A stretch of 64,000 nt of DNA, taken from NCBI GenBank assembly GCA_045613925.1, contig JAZLBV010000011.1, positions 4,069 to 68,068 on the forward strand. The letters run 5' to 3'. Positions within the stretch are counted from its first letter, which is position 1. Each line of letters begins with the position of its first letter. A model generated the notes under the pieces. The model saw nothing but the letters and a program-made list of their open reading frames with translations. It did not search any database and had not been told where the DNA came from. Shown in pieces: positions 1 to 9,337 of the stretch. The stretch comes from Candidatus Enterousia sp. Its GTDB lineage: Bacteria; Pseudomonadota; Alphaproteobacteria; Rs-D84. A program made the translations under genes and the position numbers.

Positions 1-48
1 AAATACAATTTCACCATTTTTTAACAAATGATAATATTGCTATTATTC

Positions 49-77
49 TTGACGGGTGTTGGTTTGGGTTTTATACT
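49..77 (+). promoter_or_regulatory. sigma70-type promoter for the lptF/G-lptD-surA-rlmN operon
   Basis: TTGACG(49-54)-17 bp-TATACT(72-77); the ATG at 85 follows 7 nt later. Confidence 0.7.
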
Positions 78-84
78 TTGAATT

Positions 85-1146
85 ATGAATATAATACGCA
101 GATATTTTATACGCCAATTGCTTGGTATTTTTATTATGTTGTTGCTTATCCTGACGGGGTTGGCCTGGATGATGCAGGTTATGGCAATGATGAAATTTTT
201 GATTGCTTATGGCGTTCGGTTATCCAGTTTTATGTATCTTATTTCGTTGATGATACCGTTCATTGTATCTATTATAATCCCGTTTGTGGCCTTTATCGCG
301 GTGATATTCGTTTACAATAAAATGATTTCCGAAAATGAAATAACCGTTATGATGTCATCTGGTTTATCACCATGGCAGGTTGCAAAACCAGCAATAAAAT
401 TTGCAGCAGTTTTAACGGTTATCCATTTGATTTTAAATATTTGGTTGGTTCCTTATAGCCAGGCGAAATTTTACAGTACTCAATGGAATTTGCGTTATGG
501 TTTGGCACATTTGAAATTGCAAGAATCTGCGTTTACTAAGTTGGCTAATGGGTTGGTGGTGTATGTTGATAATGTTTCTGGAAATGATTTGAATCAAATT
601 ATGTTGTCAGATATGCGTGATGATAAAAATCAAATGCTGATTTTCGCAGAACGTGGAAAATTGGTTTCTACGGTACACGGTTTATCTATTGTTACCAATA
701 ATGGTTCATTACAGATGCAGGGAAAAAATGGTTTTACAACCGGAACATTTGATAATTTTGATATGGATTTAAATTTAGTTGAAGATGATGCAGATGTTGC
801 TTTCAGGGTTCGTCGTATACCAACGCTGAAATTAATCCAAGATGTCATTTCGCAAGACAGTGCCGATCAACATCATTTGACATTGGTTGAATTATGCACA
901 CGTTTAATAAACCCATTTATGAATTTGATTTTGACTATTGTCTGCACTTTGATTTTATTAAAAACATCGCTTTTGCGTCGGCGCGCCAGTTTTGCGCCTG
1001 CAATGGCAGTATTGTCGATGGCGGCCATAATGGCGATGTATATGTCTGTATCAAATATGGTGAACAGTTTGACTGATGTTTGTTTATTGGCAATTGGTGT
1101 ATTTATGTTGTTATTTGGTTTAATTGGTTTATTATTAAAAAAATGA
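85..1146 (+). CDS. LptF/LptG family LPS export permease
   Basis: 3 N-terminal TM helices with E-x-x-x-M-x-S-S-G-L-S-P motif, periplasmic beta domain, 3 C-terminal TM helices; directly upstream of lptD. Confidence 0.85.
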   Translation: MNIIRRYFIRQLLGIFIMLLLILTGLAWMMQVMAMMKFLIAYGVRLSSFMYLISLMIPFIVSIIIPFVAFIAVIFVYNKMISENEITVMMSSGLSPWQVAKPAIKFAAVLTVIHLILNIWLVPYSQAKFYSTQWNLRYGLAHLKLQESAFTKLANGLVVYVDNVSGNDLNQIMLSDMRDDKNQMLIFAERGKLVSTVHGLSIVTNNGSLQMQGKNGFTTGTFDNFDMDLNLVEDDADVAFRVRRIPTLKLIQDVISQDSADQHHLTLVELCTRLINPFMNLILTIVCTLILLKTSLLRRRASFAPAMAVLSMAAIMAMYMSVSNMVNSLTDVCLLAIGVFMLLFGLIGLLLKK

Positions 1147-3176
1147 AATATTTAAAAAAATCTTGGTTGGTTTGTCTGATGATAACCGATGCTTTTGCAT
1201 TGGGTGTTAATATGGACGAAGCAAAAACCGTTAAATCAGACGAAATTGAATACAATATAAAATCCCAAGAAATAAAAACATCTGGAAATACAGAGGTTGT
1301 TAACGCATCTGGACAACGTATAAAACTTGATAGTTTGTCTTTATCTAAAAATAATTCTAAGATTGCTGCAAATGATGTGGAATTGTGGTTGGGCAGCCAT
1401 GTGTATGTAAAGGCAGAAAACATAACCCGCGACAACCAAGAAACTATCGCGCATAACGCAACATTTACAGCGTGTGATGGATGCGATGAATTTGGAAATG
1501 CCTGGGAAATTTCAGGAAACACCATCATTCACGACGCAGACGAAAAAATGTTATATTTTCACAATGCTGCATTTTGGTTATATAACGATAATATCCCTGT
1601 GTTTTGGTTGCCGTATTATGAAATGCCAGATCCGTCTGTGAAATACAAAACAGGATTTTTAACGCCAAGCTTCAATTCAACAAACGGTATGGGAACACAA
1701 TTTAATATTCCTTTTTATATCAACATATCTGATAGGCACGATTTAACACCAACTTTTTCATATCTGACAAATGAAAATCCATTATTTCAATTGGAACACA
1801 GGTTGAATCTGTCTCGTTCTGAATTCAGAACATGGGGGTCATATACACACAACAAACAGGGTGAAAATCGTTGGCATATATACAATAATGATAAAATAGA
1901 ACTGGGACAAAATGCACGCGCCACCGTATATGTGCAAAGAACATCTGATAAAACATATCTGCAGAAATATGGATTTTATGACTATCAGCCATATCTTGAT
2001 TCTGGGGCCAAAGTGGAATTGTTTGGCCAGACCAGCTACGTTGTTGCAGATACACATATATTCCAAGAATTGCGTCAACCTGTTGGAAATCAGACTTTGG
2101 TATCTGGAAACATTTTGCCAAACATTCGTGGTGTTTATCAGACGAATCCATTATTTGCAGAAACTTACATAAATTTAAGCGGTGATATATTGGGTGTATC
2201 TGGGAGTCATGCGTCGTCTCAACGTGTCATAGGCGAAGCGCAAATTGTATCACCTTGGACATTGTGGGGCGGGAATCGATTAACAGCCAGCGCATCTGCG
2301 CGGTATGATGTGTACAATTTTGATAATACCAGTATTTACGAAGGGGACTCTGTCGTAGATTCTTACAATGGTGTTAAAACCAGATTTTTACCAAGTGGTT
2401 TTATTGAATGGGGATTACCATTATTCAGTGTTGAAAATGATTGGACATATATCATTGAACCACGTGCAAGATTGACAGTTATGGAACGCACAGACAAAAA
2501 ATCTGTGTTTGCTGTTGATAATGATTCTGCGGGACGTTTTTTATCTGATACTACGCTGTTTTCAGATAACAGGTATGCGGGTCTTGATGTGTGGGAAAAT
2601 GGAAATTTTGCCGATTATGGCGCACGTTGGATGGCATTTAATGATAATCACAACATAGAAGTTTTTATGGGACAAACCTATGATTTTAATACCGTAGAAC
2701 AAGACTTTAATGACAATGGATTCAGAAATGGTTTTTCTGATTATGTTGGGCGTGTTTCATACAGCAACAACAATAATATCCAATTATCAACACGTTTTCG
2801 TTTTGACAGAACAAATATAGATCTTAATCACATAGAAAATTCTGTATATTTCGGCAAAAATAATACTTATCTGACAATGGGGCATATTTGGGATTCTCAA
2901 CCGATTGATATATATTCAACAAACGATAAAGATACTCATGAAATAATAGCTGGGGCAGGATTACAAATAACAAAAAGAATAAATATTAGTGGTAATGTAG
3001 TTTATGATATGTATGACCATACGATTCAAAGACATTCTGGTGGAATATTTTATAATCACCCTTGTTATTTCTTGTCTTTTGAATATCATAGTGATAATTC
3101 TGCAAAATATGACTATAATGGAAATACAACCTTTAAATTCAAATTTGGTATAAGTGTTGATGGTAAACACTATTAA
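1143..3176 (+). CDS. lptD: LPS-assembly outer membrane protein LptD
   Basis: Signal peptide from ATG 1143, FTAC..C..W motif, P-x-F-W-L-P-Y, KTGFLTPS, beta-barrel-like C-terminus. Confidence 0.85.
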   Translation: MKYLKKSWLVCLMITDAFALGVNMDEAKTVKSDEIEYNIKSQEIKTSGNTEVVNASGQRIKLDSLSLSKNNSKIAANDVELWLGSHVYVKAENITRDNQETIAHNATFTACDGCDEFGNAWEISGNTIIHDADEKMLYFHNAAFWLYNDNIPVFWLPYYEMPDPSVKYKTGFLTPSFNSTNGMGTQFNIPFYINISDRHDLTPTFSYLTNENPLFQLEHRLNLSRSEFRTWGSYTHNKQGENRWHIYNNDKIELGQNARATVYVQRTSDKTYLQKYGFYDYQPYLDSGAKVELFGQTSYVVADTHIFQELRQPVGNQTLVSGNILPNIRGVYQTNPLFAETYINLSGDILGVSGSHASSQRVIGEAQIVSPWTLWGGNRLTASASARYDVYNFDNTSIYEGDSVVDSYNGVKTRFLPSGFIEWGLPLFSVENDWTYIIEPRARLTVMERTDKKSVFAVDNDSAGRFLSDTTLFSDNRYAGLDVWENGNFADYGARWMAFNDNHNIEVFMGQTYDFNTVEQDFNDNGFRNGFSDYVGRVSYSNNNNIQLSTRFRFDRTNIDLNHIENSVYFGKNNTYLTMGHIWDSQPIDIYSTNDKDTHEIIAGAGLQITKRINISGNVVYDMYDHTIQRHSGGIFYNHPCYFLSFEYHSDNSAKYDYNGNTTFKFKFGISVDGKHY

Positions 3177-3191
3177 AGAAAGGAAAAATTA

Positions 3192-4013
3192 ATGAAAAAA
3201 ACGTGTATTTTTATCACTTTGTTTTTAAATATACTGTCTGCTAAGGCTGCAACGGTGGTGGCTACTGTAAACGGCAACCCAATAACAGATGCAGATATTA
3301 CTGCACGTACTGAATTAATGGCAAAACAAGGCAATGTATCCGCAACCAATCGTCGTGATGCATTTAAAAACATTGTTGATGATTATGTCAAATTAAACTA
3401 TGCGGCAAATTTTAATGTTAAACCCACAGATAAAGATGCAGATACAGAATTAAAAAAAATGAATCTGGGCGATATGAATGAAACTATGTGGGCTATGGCA
3501 CGTCTGGCGGTACGGTCAGACATTGCATGGGGCGTGGTAATGTCGCGGACTATTGTTCCAACCATAGATGTTTCACGTGAAGAAATTCAGCGTGAACGTC
3601 GTGATTTAATCCGCGAACGTGGATTACCAATTGAAATGGAAATTGTTCGCTTGGTTGATATCCCAGATGATATGACACAAAAATTAACAAAACCTAAAAA
3701 TTGCGACGCAGCTGTTAGTATGGTTGAAAAATTGGGTGGCGATCCACAAAGATTTACAGCTGTGCAGTATGAATTATCATCTGATATTCGCAACAGAATT
3801 GCCGATTTACCATCCTTGACTTGGTCGCCTGTCAAAGACAATTCTGTAATTTTAGTGTGCAGCGAAAAAAAGACAAATGAATACAAAAATCTTGATGAAA
3901 TAATTAAACAAAATGCCATTTATCGCAAAGCATCTTTTGTTTCAGATCAACAATTAAAGCAACTTCGCCGCAAAGCTGTTATTATCATAAATGACGATAG
4001 ATATAAATTATGA
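3192..4013 (+). CDS. SurA-like periplasmic chaperone
   Basis: Signal peptide, VVATVNG.PIT..DI motif of the SurA N-terminal domain; canonical position after lptD. Confidence 0.7.
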   Translation: MKKTCIFITLFLNILSAKAATVVATVNGNPITDADITARTELMAKQGNVSATNRRDAFKNIVDDYVKLNYAANFNVKPTDKDADTELKKMNLGDMNETMWAMARLAVRSDIAWGVVMSRTIVPTIDVSREEIQRERRDLIRERGLPIEMEIVRLVDIPDDMTQKLTKPKNCDAAVSMVEKLGGDPQRFTAVQYELSSDIRNRIADLPSLTWSPVKDNSVILVCSEKKTNEYKNLDEIIKQNAIYRKASFVSDQQLKQLRRKAVIIINDDRYKL

Positions 4014-5104
4014 AAACTGTACTTTTTGATTTAAACAAAACAGAACTTGAAAAATTCGTCGCTGATATGGGACTGCCACGGTTTCGCGCACAACAAATAC
4101 GCGATTGGTTAAATCGTGGGGCGCCAGATTTTGATATTATGAAGAATTTGCCTATTGAATTACGTACGAAATTAAAAGATTGCGCACAAACTTTGCCTGT
4201 AAAAATTGTAAAGCGGTTAGACAGCAGCGATAATCAAACGACTAAATTTTTATTAGAATTAAATGATGGCGAACAAATCGAATGTGTCTTGATGCGCACA
4301 ACCTATGGGAACAGTGTTTGTGTTTCTTCCCAGGCTGGTTGCGCAATGGGATGCAAATTTTGTGCCAGCACCCTGCTTGGTTTAAAGCGCAATTTGACAG
4401 TTAATGAAATGTATGCCCAGGTTTTAACCGCACAATGGGAATTACGTCGTAATCGTTTTGACAAAGAAAATGTTCATCCGAACGGCGATGCTAATAATGG
4501 CGATGTTTCCCACATAGTTGTTATGGGCACCGGTGAACCATTACAAAACACACAAAATGTTATCGGATTTCTGGAACGTGCAAATTCTGAATTAAATATA
4601 TCGTGGCGTCGTATAACTGTTTCCACGTGCGGAATTGTTCCTGGGATACAAGAACTCAGCACGTGGGGGCGTCCGATAAATCTAGCCATATCTTTGCACG
4701 CACCAGTTGATGAATTGCGTTCACAAATTATGCCTATTAATAACAAATACAAATTGATTGATGTTTTGAATGCCGCTTTTGATTTTTCAGACCAACAAAA
4801 CCGCCAATTGATGATTGAATATATATTACTGGGTAAACGCGACGAAAATGATGAAATAGTTCTTTATAATTGTTCAAATGAATATGCGGAAAAATTATCA
4901 GAACTTTTGCGTGGACATAATGTTATGGTAAATTTAATTCCGTGGAATACTGTGGACGAACGTGATTTTGCATCCATTTCTGGTAATGCAGTTCACAGAT
5001 TCCAAGATATTTTAATAAAAAACGGTATTCACACACGAATTCGCCGTGAACGTGGCGCAGATATAGGTTCTGCGTGCGGGCAATTAAGATTAAAAAAGGG
5101 GTAA
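4010..5104 (+). CDS. rlmN: 23S rRNA m2A2503 / tRNA radical SAM methyltransferase RlmN
   Basis: CVSSQAGCAMGCKFC radical SAM motif, MGTGEP, SLHAP, C-terminal ACGQL. Confidence 0.95.
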   Translation: MKTVLFDLNKTELEKFVADMGLPRFRAQQIRDWLNRGAPDFDIMKNLPIELRTKLKDCAQTLPVKIVKRLDSSDNQTTKFLLELNDGEQIECVLMRTTYGNSVCVSSQAGCAMGCKFCASTLLGLKRNLTVNEMYAQVLTAQWELRRNRFDKENVHPNGDANNGDVSHIVVMGTGEPLQNTQNVIGFLERANSELNISWRRITVSTCGIVPGIQELSTWGRPINLAISLHAPVDELRSQIMPINNKYKLIDVLNAAFDFSDQQNRQLMIEYILLGKRDENDEIVLYNCSNEYAEKLSELLRGHNVMVNLIPWNTVDERDFASISGNAVHRFQDILIKNGIHTRIRRERGADIGSACGQLRLKKG

Positions 5105-5106
5105 AA

Positions 5107-5859
5107 ATGCAATTACGTTATATAACTTGTTCGGATCCACGGGAACACAATCCAATCCAAAAAATCATAACACTTGGAAAACTGCCAAGGGCCGAAATAG
5201 CTGTTCAGTGTCATCCATCAAAAATGTCAGACGGTATGCCACGTAATGTCTGGTTTAAAGAACTATTGCATCAAGCATACGATATCCCAAAACTTAATTT
5301 AGCAATACATATAAACAATGATTGGGCAAACGATATATGTGTAAACGGAAAAATTCCTGATGAAATAATAAATTTTTTAGGTGCACGCAATTCGGCGAAA
5401 AAACCTGCTATTAAACGTATCCAGATAAATATGCCTGTCTTGACTGCAGATAACATCAATCCAGCCGCCGTGGCAAGGATAATCCATGATTTTTGCACAC
5501 GTGAATTCATATTCCAGTATAATGATAGCACAAAATCTGCGGTGGAAAAATTACACCAAACAGGTGCGAAATTTTCTCTGTTATTTGATGCTTCGGGTGG
5601 CAATGGCGTTCAACCAAAATGTTGGGAAAAACCAATTTATGAAACACATCCTATGGGATATGCTGGTGGAATATCACCAGATAATGTTATGCATAATTTA
5701 CGGCAAATTAATGCGCTGGTTCCACAAACATCATCTATTTGGATTGATGCCGAAGGTCGCCTTAAATCAAATGATTTGTATGATAATAAATTAAAATTTG
5801 ATACAAATTTGGCGCGAATATATATAATTCAGGCAAATAATTTTATAAATCAAAAATAA
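5107..5859 (+). CDS. Hypothetical TIM-barrel protein, TrpF (PRAI)-like C-terminal motifs
   Basis: LLFDASGGNG, GYAGGISPDNV and WIDAEG resemble the phosphate-binding end of ribulose-phosphate-binding barrels; N-terminus unlike canonical TrpF. Confidence 0.55.
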   Translation: MQLRYITCSDPREHNPIQKIITLGKLPRAEIAVQCHPSKMSDGMPRNVWFKELLHQAYDIPKLNLAIHINNDWANDICVNGKIPDEIINFLGARNSAKKPAIKRIQINMPVLTADNINPAAVARIIHDFCTREFIFQYNDSTKSAVEKLHQTGAKFSLLFDASGGNGVQPKCWEKPIYETHPMGYAGGISPDNVMHNLRQINALVPQTSSIWIDAEGRLKSNDLYDNKLKFDTNLARIYIIQANNFINQK

Positions 5860-5863
5860 AAAA

Positions 5864-5880
5864 TGCCGGGATAGCCGGCA
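5864..5880. terminator. Hairpin between convergent genes
   Basis: TGCCGG-gatag-CCGGCA with an upstream A-tract. Confidence 0.5.
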
Positions 5881-5888
5881 GATTAAAA

Positions 5889-6170
5889 TTATTTCTGGAT
5901 ACCCAAAGAATTCTGCAATGCAAACGTCTTTGCATTATTTAATGCCTTGTTGAAATCTATCGCTTTGATTTCAGTATTTGATTTGGGTTTAATCTGGATT
6001 TCTTTGGCGGATTTCGCTTTCTTTCTCTGTATGGTTTCAGAAACAGATTTTACTATATAACGCGTGAACATAAACAATGCAGCTGAAGCTATTACCGCAA
6101 GTACAACCGTCATTGCAGTATCAAATTTAGAGTTTTTTTGTTCGCTGTTTTCAATATTTCTTTCTGGCAT
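5889..6170 (-). CDS. Small hypothetical protein with one TM helix
   Basis: 93 aa, hydrophobic segment then Lys-rich tail; AGGGG RBS and TTGACA upstream. Confidence 0.6.
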   Translation of the reverse strand: MPERNIENSEQKNSKFDTAMTVVLAVIASAALFMFTRYIVKSVSETIQRKKAKSAKEIQIKPKSNTEIKAIDFNKALNNAKTFALQNSLGIQK

Positions 6171-6244
6171 TGATGCACCCCTATTTCGTTATATTCTGAC
6201 TCAACGGTATCACAAAAATACAAAATGTCAATATTTTTACAAAA

Positions 6245-6660
6245 AACTCCTTCGTTCTCGTCTCTAACCATCCCCAGGCACAAATAAAAAAACGCCATTG
6301 TGGCGTTAAATCTAAATGTAGGGATGTTAAAGACTCGCTCGGCAACTTACATTGCCTACGCGGCAACCGTTAGCGCTCAAACTTCTCTTCGCTCGTTTTC
6401 GCTTACTTATTGTCGAACTCCTTCGTTCTCGTCTCTAACCATCCCCAAGCACAAATAAAAAAACGCCATTGTGGCGTTTTAGAATAAATGTTGGGATGTT
6501 AAAGACTCGCTCGGCAACTTACGTTGCCTGCGCGGCAACCGTAACGATTTGATTGCGCTACGCTTATCAAATCTACTTGTTGTCGAACTCCTGCGTTCTC
6601 GTCTCTAACCATCCCCAAGCACAAATAAAAAAACGCCATTGCGGCGTTTTTTTATTTGTG
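6245..6660 (-). repeat. Tandem array (~170-171 bp period, ~2.4 units) of tRNA-Val-derived structured units
   Basis: ACTCC..CGTTCTCGTCTCTAACCATCCCCA recurs at 6246, 6417 and 6587; units share GGAGTTCGA and GAGTCT(C/T)TTAACATCC with the adjacent tRNA-Val. Confidence 0.9.
6620..6660 (-). terminator. Intrinsic terminator after tRNA-Val(TAC)
   Basis: Perfect 18-bp inverted repeat CACAAATAAAAAAACGCC / GGCGTTTTTTTATTTGTG. Confidence 0.8.
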
Positions 6661-6735
6661 GTGGATGTTAAGAGACTCGAACTCCTGACCCTCTCGGTGT
6701 AAACGAGATGCTCTAGCCAACTGAGCTAAACATCC
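6659..6735 (-). tRNA. tRNA-Val (TAC)
   Basis: Reverse complement folds as a cloverleaf; anticodon arm TCTCG-TTTACAC-CGAGA, GTTCGA T-loop, encoded CCA. Confidence 0.97.
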
Positions 6736-6785
6736 AGGAAAGCAGCGTTATAATAACCTGTTTTTTCCCTGTTGTCCAGTTTTTT

Positions 6786-7082
6786 TTAATTGAACGTAAA
6801 ACCACCTGTTACTTTAGCCATAATTTCGTCGATTAAGACATCGGCTTTTCCTTTTGCATCCCTGTATGCGGTTGCAACTAATTCAGAAACAGTTTCTGCA
6901 CCCCGCGATAATGTTTCTGAATTTATAACAACAGACACCACATCATATTTTCCTGTCATATCAACAATAACCGCACCATTATCAGCGATACCTTTAACAT
7001 GCATTTCTGAAAGAGAATCTTGGGCTTTGGCTATTTTATTTTGCAGTCCCTGGGCATTTGCCATCAATGATTCCATATCCAT
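6786..7082 (-). CDS. ybaB: YbaB/EbfC nucleoid-associated protein
   Basis: M..LM..AQ.LQ..I.KAQ..L..M.V.G.A..G.V.V...G, 98 aa. Confidence 0.85.
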   Translation of the reverse strand: MDMESLMANAQGLQNKIAKAQDSLSEMHVKGIADNGAVIVDMTGKYDVVSVVINSETLSRGAETVSELVATAYRDAKGKADVLIDEIMAKVTGGFTFN

Positions 7083-7103
7083 TTCTAATCCTTAATTCTT
7101 ATT

Positions 7104-7128
7104 AAAAAGGGCGAATTGTTCGCCCTTT
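7104..7128 (-). terminator. pnp terminator
   Basis: AAAGGGCGAA-TTG-TTCGCCCTTT, U-tract on the minus strand. Confidence 0.75.
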
Positions 7129-7140
7129 GTCATAAAGTTT

Positions 7141-9303
7141 TTATTTTATTTCTTTACCAGTTTTTTGATCGATACCAACCATTGAAAAACGTGTTTTACC
7201 GCGTTTATCAGCGCCCAGATACCGAACATAAACTTTATCACCAACATTTAATTTGGTGTCTTCTATTTTGGCGATGCGTTCACCGGTGATTTCAGAAATA
7301 TGAACCATAGATTCAAAATTCTTCAATATTTTTACGAACAAACCAAAATCTTTGATTCCAGAAATAACACCTTCATAAATTTCGCCTACCTCTGGTTCTG
7401 CGACAATTTCTTTAATGCGCGCAATTGCAGCGTCTGCGAAATCTTTAGACGAAGCCAATATCTTAACCGTGCCATCGTCTTCAAGGTCAATTTGTGTATC
7501 TGTTTCACGTGTCAAAGCCTGAATAACAGAACCACCCTTGCCTATTACTTCACGAACTTTTTCAGGATCGATTTTCATAGTATAGATTTGTGGTGCAAAT
7601 TCAGACAATTTTTTGCGTGGTTCTTTAATCGCATTTTCTATTTTACCTAAAATATGCATACGGCCGTCTTTTGCCTGGCTTAATGCGTGTTCCATAATTT
7701 CAAATGTAATAGAAGTGATTTTGATATCCATTTGCAAAGCTGTAATACCGCGATCCGTTCCAGTCACTTTGAAATCCATATCACCAAGATGGTCTTCATC
7801 ACCCAAAATATCGGTCAAAATGGCATAATCATCGCCCTCTTTTATCAACCCCATAGCAATCCCAGCCACAGGTCTTTTCATCGGAACGCCACCATCCATC
7901 ATAGCCAATGTCGCACCACAAGTGGTCGCCATAGACGAAGAACCATTAGATTCCAAAATATCAGAACAAATACGTATCACATAATCAAATTCTTTACGTG
8001 TTGGAATCATAGGATGAACCGCACGCCACGCCAAATTACCGTGCCCCAATTCACGACGTCCTGGGGATTTTAATCCCTTAGCTTCGCCAACGGAAAATCC
8101 AGGAAAATTATAATTCAATATAAATTCACGTTCGCTTTCACCATCCAAAGATTCAATCGGCAAAGCATCCTGGCCAGATCCCAGCGTTAAAGATACCAAA
8201 GCCTGGGTTTCACCACGCGTAAACAATGCAGAACCGTGTGCACGTGGCAAAACACCCAATTCAATTTCAATTGGACGCACTGTCTTGGTATCACGACCGT
8301 CGATACGTGGTTTACCAGCCAAAATATTTCCACGCATAATACGCGCAGTAATATTTTCAATAATTTCATCAGCCCAAGATTCCAACGTAGATGTCGCAGT
8401 TGTTGTATCTGGGAATAATTCTACTATACGAGTTTTTGCCGCTGCGTGAATTTGTGCCAAAGTGTCCAAACGAACCAATTTTTCTTTGATTAACAAAGCT
8501 TTTTCAATGTCATTCGAATATTGTTCGAAATCTTTTTCCATTTCGATATATTCTGGTGTTTTTTCTGGTATCGCCCAACGTTCTTTGCCAGCTTTAGCCA
8601 CCAAATCGTTAATTGCAGCAATCGCAGTCTGCTGTGCGTCAAAACCAAACTTCACAGCGCCCAACGTTGTTGCTTCGTCCAATTCACCAATTTCAGATTC
8701 CACCATCAACACACCATCTTTGGTTGCAGCAACCACCAAATCCATTTGGGAATCTTCGGTTTCTTTTTTAGATGGATTCAAGACATATTTGCCATCTTTA
8801 TAACCAACACGTGCCGCACCAATAGGCCCAAAGAATGGAACCCCAGACAAAGCCAAAGCTGCACTGGATGCAATCATTGCCAAAATATCAGGTTGATTTT
8901 TTCTATCATAAGAGAACACCTGTGCAATTATTTGAACCTTGTTTTTAAATGTTTCTGGGAACAGTGGACGGATAGGTCTGTCTATCAAACGTGCAATCAA
9001 AGTTTCATTTACGCTTGGTTTACCTTCGCGTCTATCACGAGAGCCCGGAATACGCCCAGCAGATGCAAACTTTTCCTGGTAATCAACGGTCAAAGGAAAG
9101 AAATCTTGTCCTTCTACCGCTGTTTTTTCAGCACACACTGTTGCCAAAACCATTGTTTCACCCATTGTCGCCATAACTGCGCCAGTTGCCTGTTTCGCAT
9201 AGCGACCTGTTTCTAAACGTACAGTTTCATCACCATATTTGAATTCTACCGCAATCGGGTTATTCAAAACATTTTTTTCAGATTTACTAAAAAATTTAAA
9301 CAT
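7141..9303 (-). CDS. pnp: Polyribonucleotide nucleotidyltransferase (PNPase)
   Basis: Two RNase PH domains (RLIDRPIRPLF, LGDEDHLGDMDFKV), KH and S1 domains. Confidence 0.97.
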   Translation of the reverse strand: MFKFFSKSEKNVLNNPIAVEFKYGDETVRLETGRYAKQATGAVMATMGETMVLATVCAEKTAVEGQDFFPLTVDYQEKFASAGRIPGSRDRREGKPSVNETLIARLIDRPIRPLFPETFKNKVQIIAQVFSYDRKNQPDILAMIASSAALALSGVPFFGPIGAARVGYKDGKYVLNPSKKETEDSQMDLVVAATKDGVLMVESEIGELDEATTLGAVKFGFDAQQTAIAAINDLVAKAGKERWAIPEKTPEYIEMEKDFEQYSNDIEKALLIKEKLVRLDTLAQIHAAAKTRIVELFPDTTTATSTLESWADEIIENITARIMRGNILAGKPRIDGRDTKTVRPIEIELGVLPRAHGSALFTRGETQALVSLTLGSGQDALPIESLDGESEREFILNYNFPGFSVGEAKGLKSPGRRELGHGNLAWRAVHPMIPTRKEFDYVIRICSDILESNGSSSMATTCGATLAMMDGGVPMKRPVAGIAMGLIKEGDDYAILTDILGDEDHLGDMDFKVTGTDRGITALQMDIKITSITFEIMEHALSQAKDGRMHILGKIENAIKEPRKKLSEFAPQIYTMKIDPEKVREVIGKGGSVIQALTRETDTQIDLEDDGTVKILASSKDFADAAIARIKEIVAEPEVGEIYEGVISGIKDFGLFVKILKNFESMVHISEITGERIAKIEDTKLNVGDKVYVRYLGADKRGKTRFSMVGIDQKTGKEIK

Positions 9304-9337
9304 ATAATTTTCTCCATTTATTTGTTTTTTTACAAGT

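Noticed and set aside
3569-3584. Canonical parS-like site TGTTTCACGTGAAGAA (14/16); a weaker 13/16 match at 7501
   Set aside because: Both are inside coding sequence and break the palindrome, and the local ParB lacks the canonical parS-reading residues; kept only as an alternative to test
6245-6660. CRISPR interpretation of the constant/variable repeat array
   Set aside because: Constant part is ~130 bp, there are only ~2.4 units, the variable parts are hairpin-like, the sequence is derived from tRNA-Val, and there are no cas genes
8521-9216. 231-aa plus-strand ORF
   Set aside because: Antisense shadow of pnp with no recognisable motif
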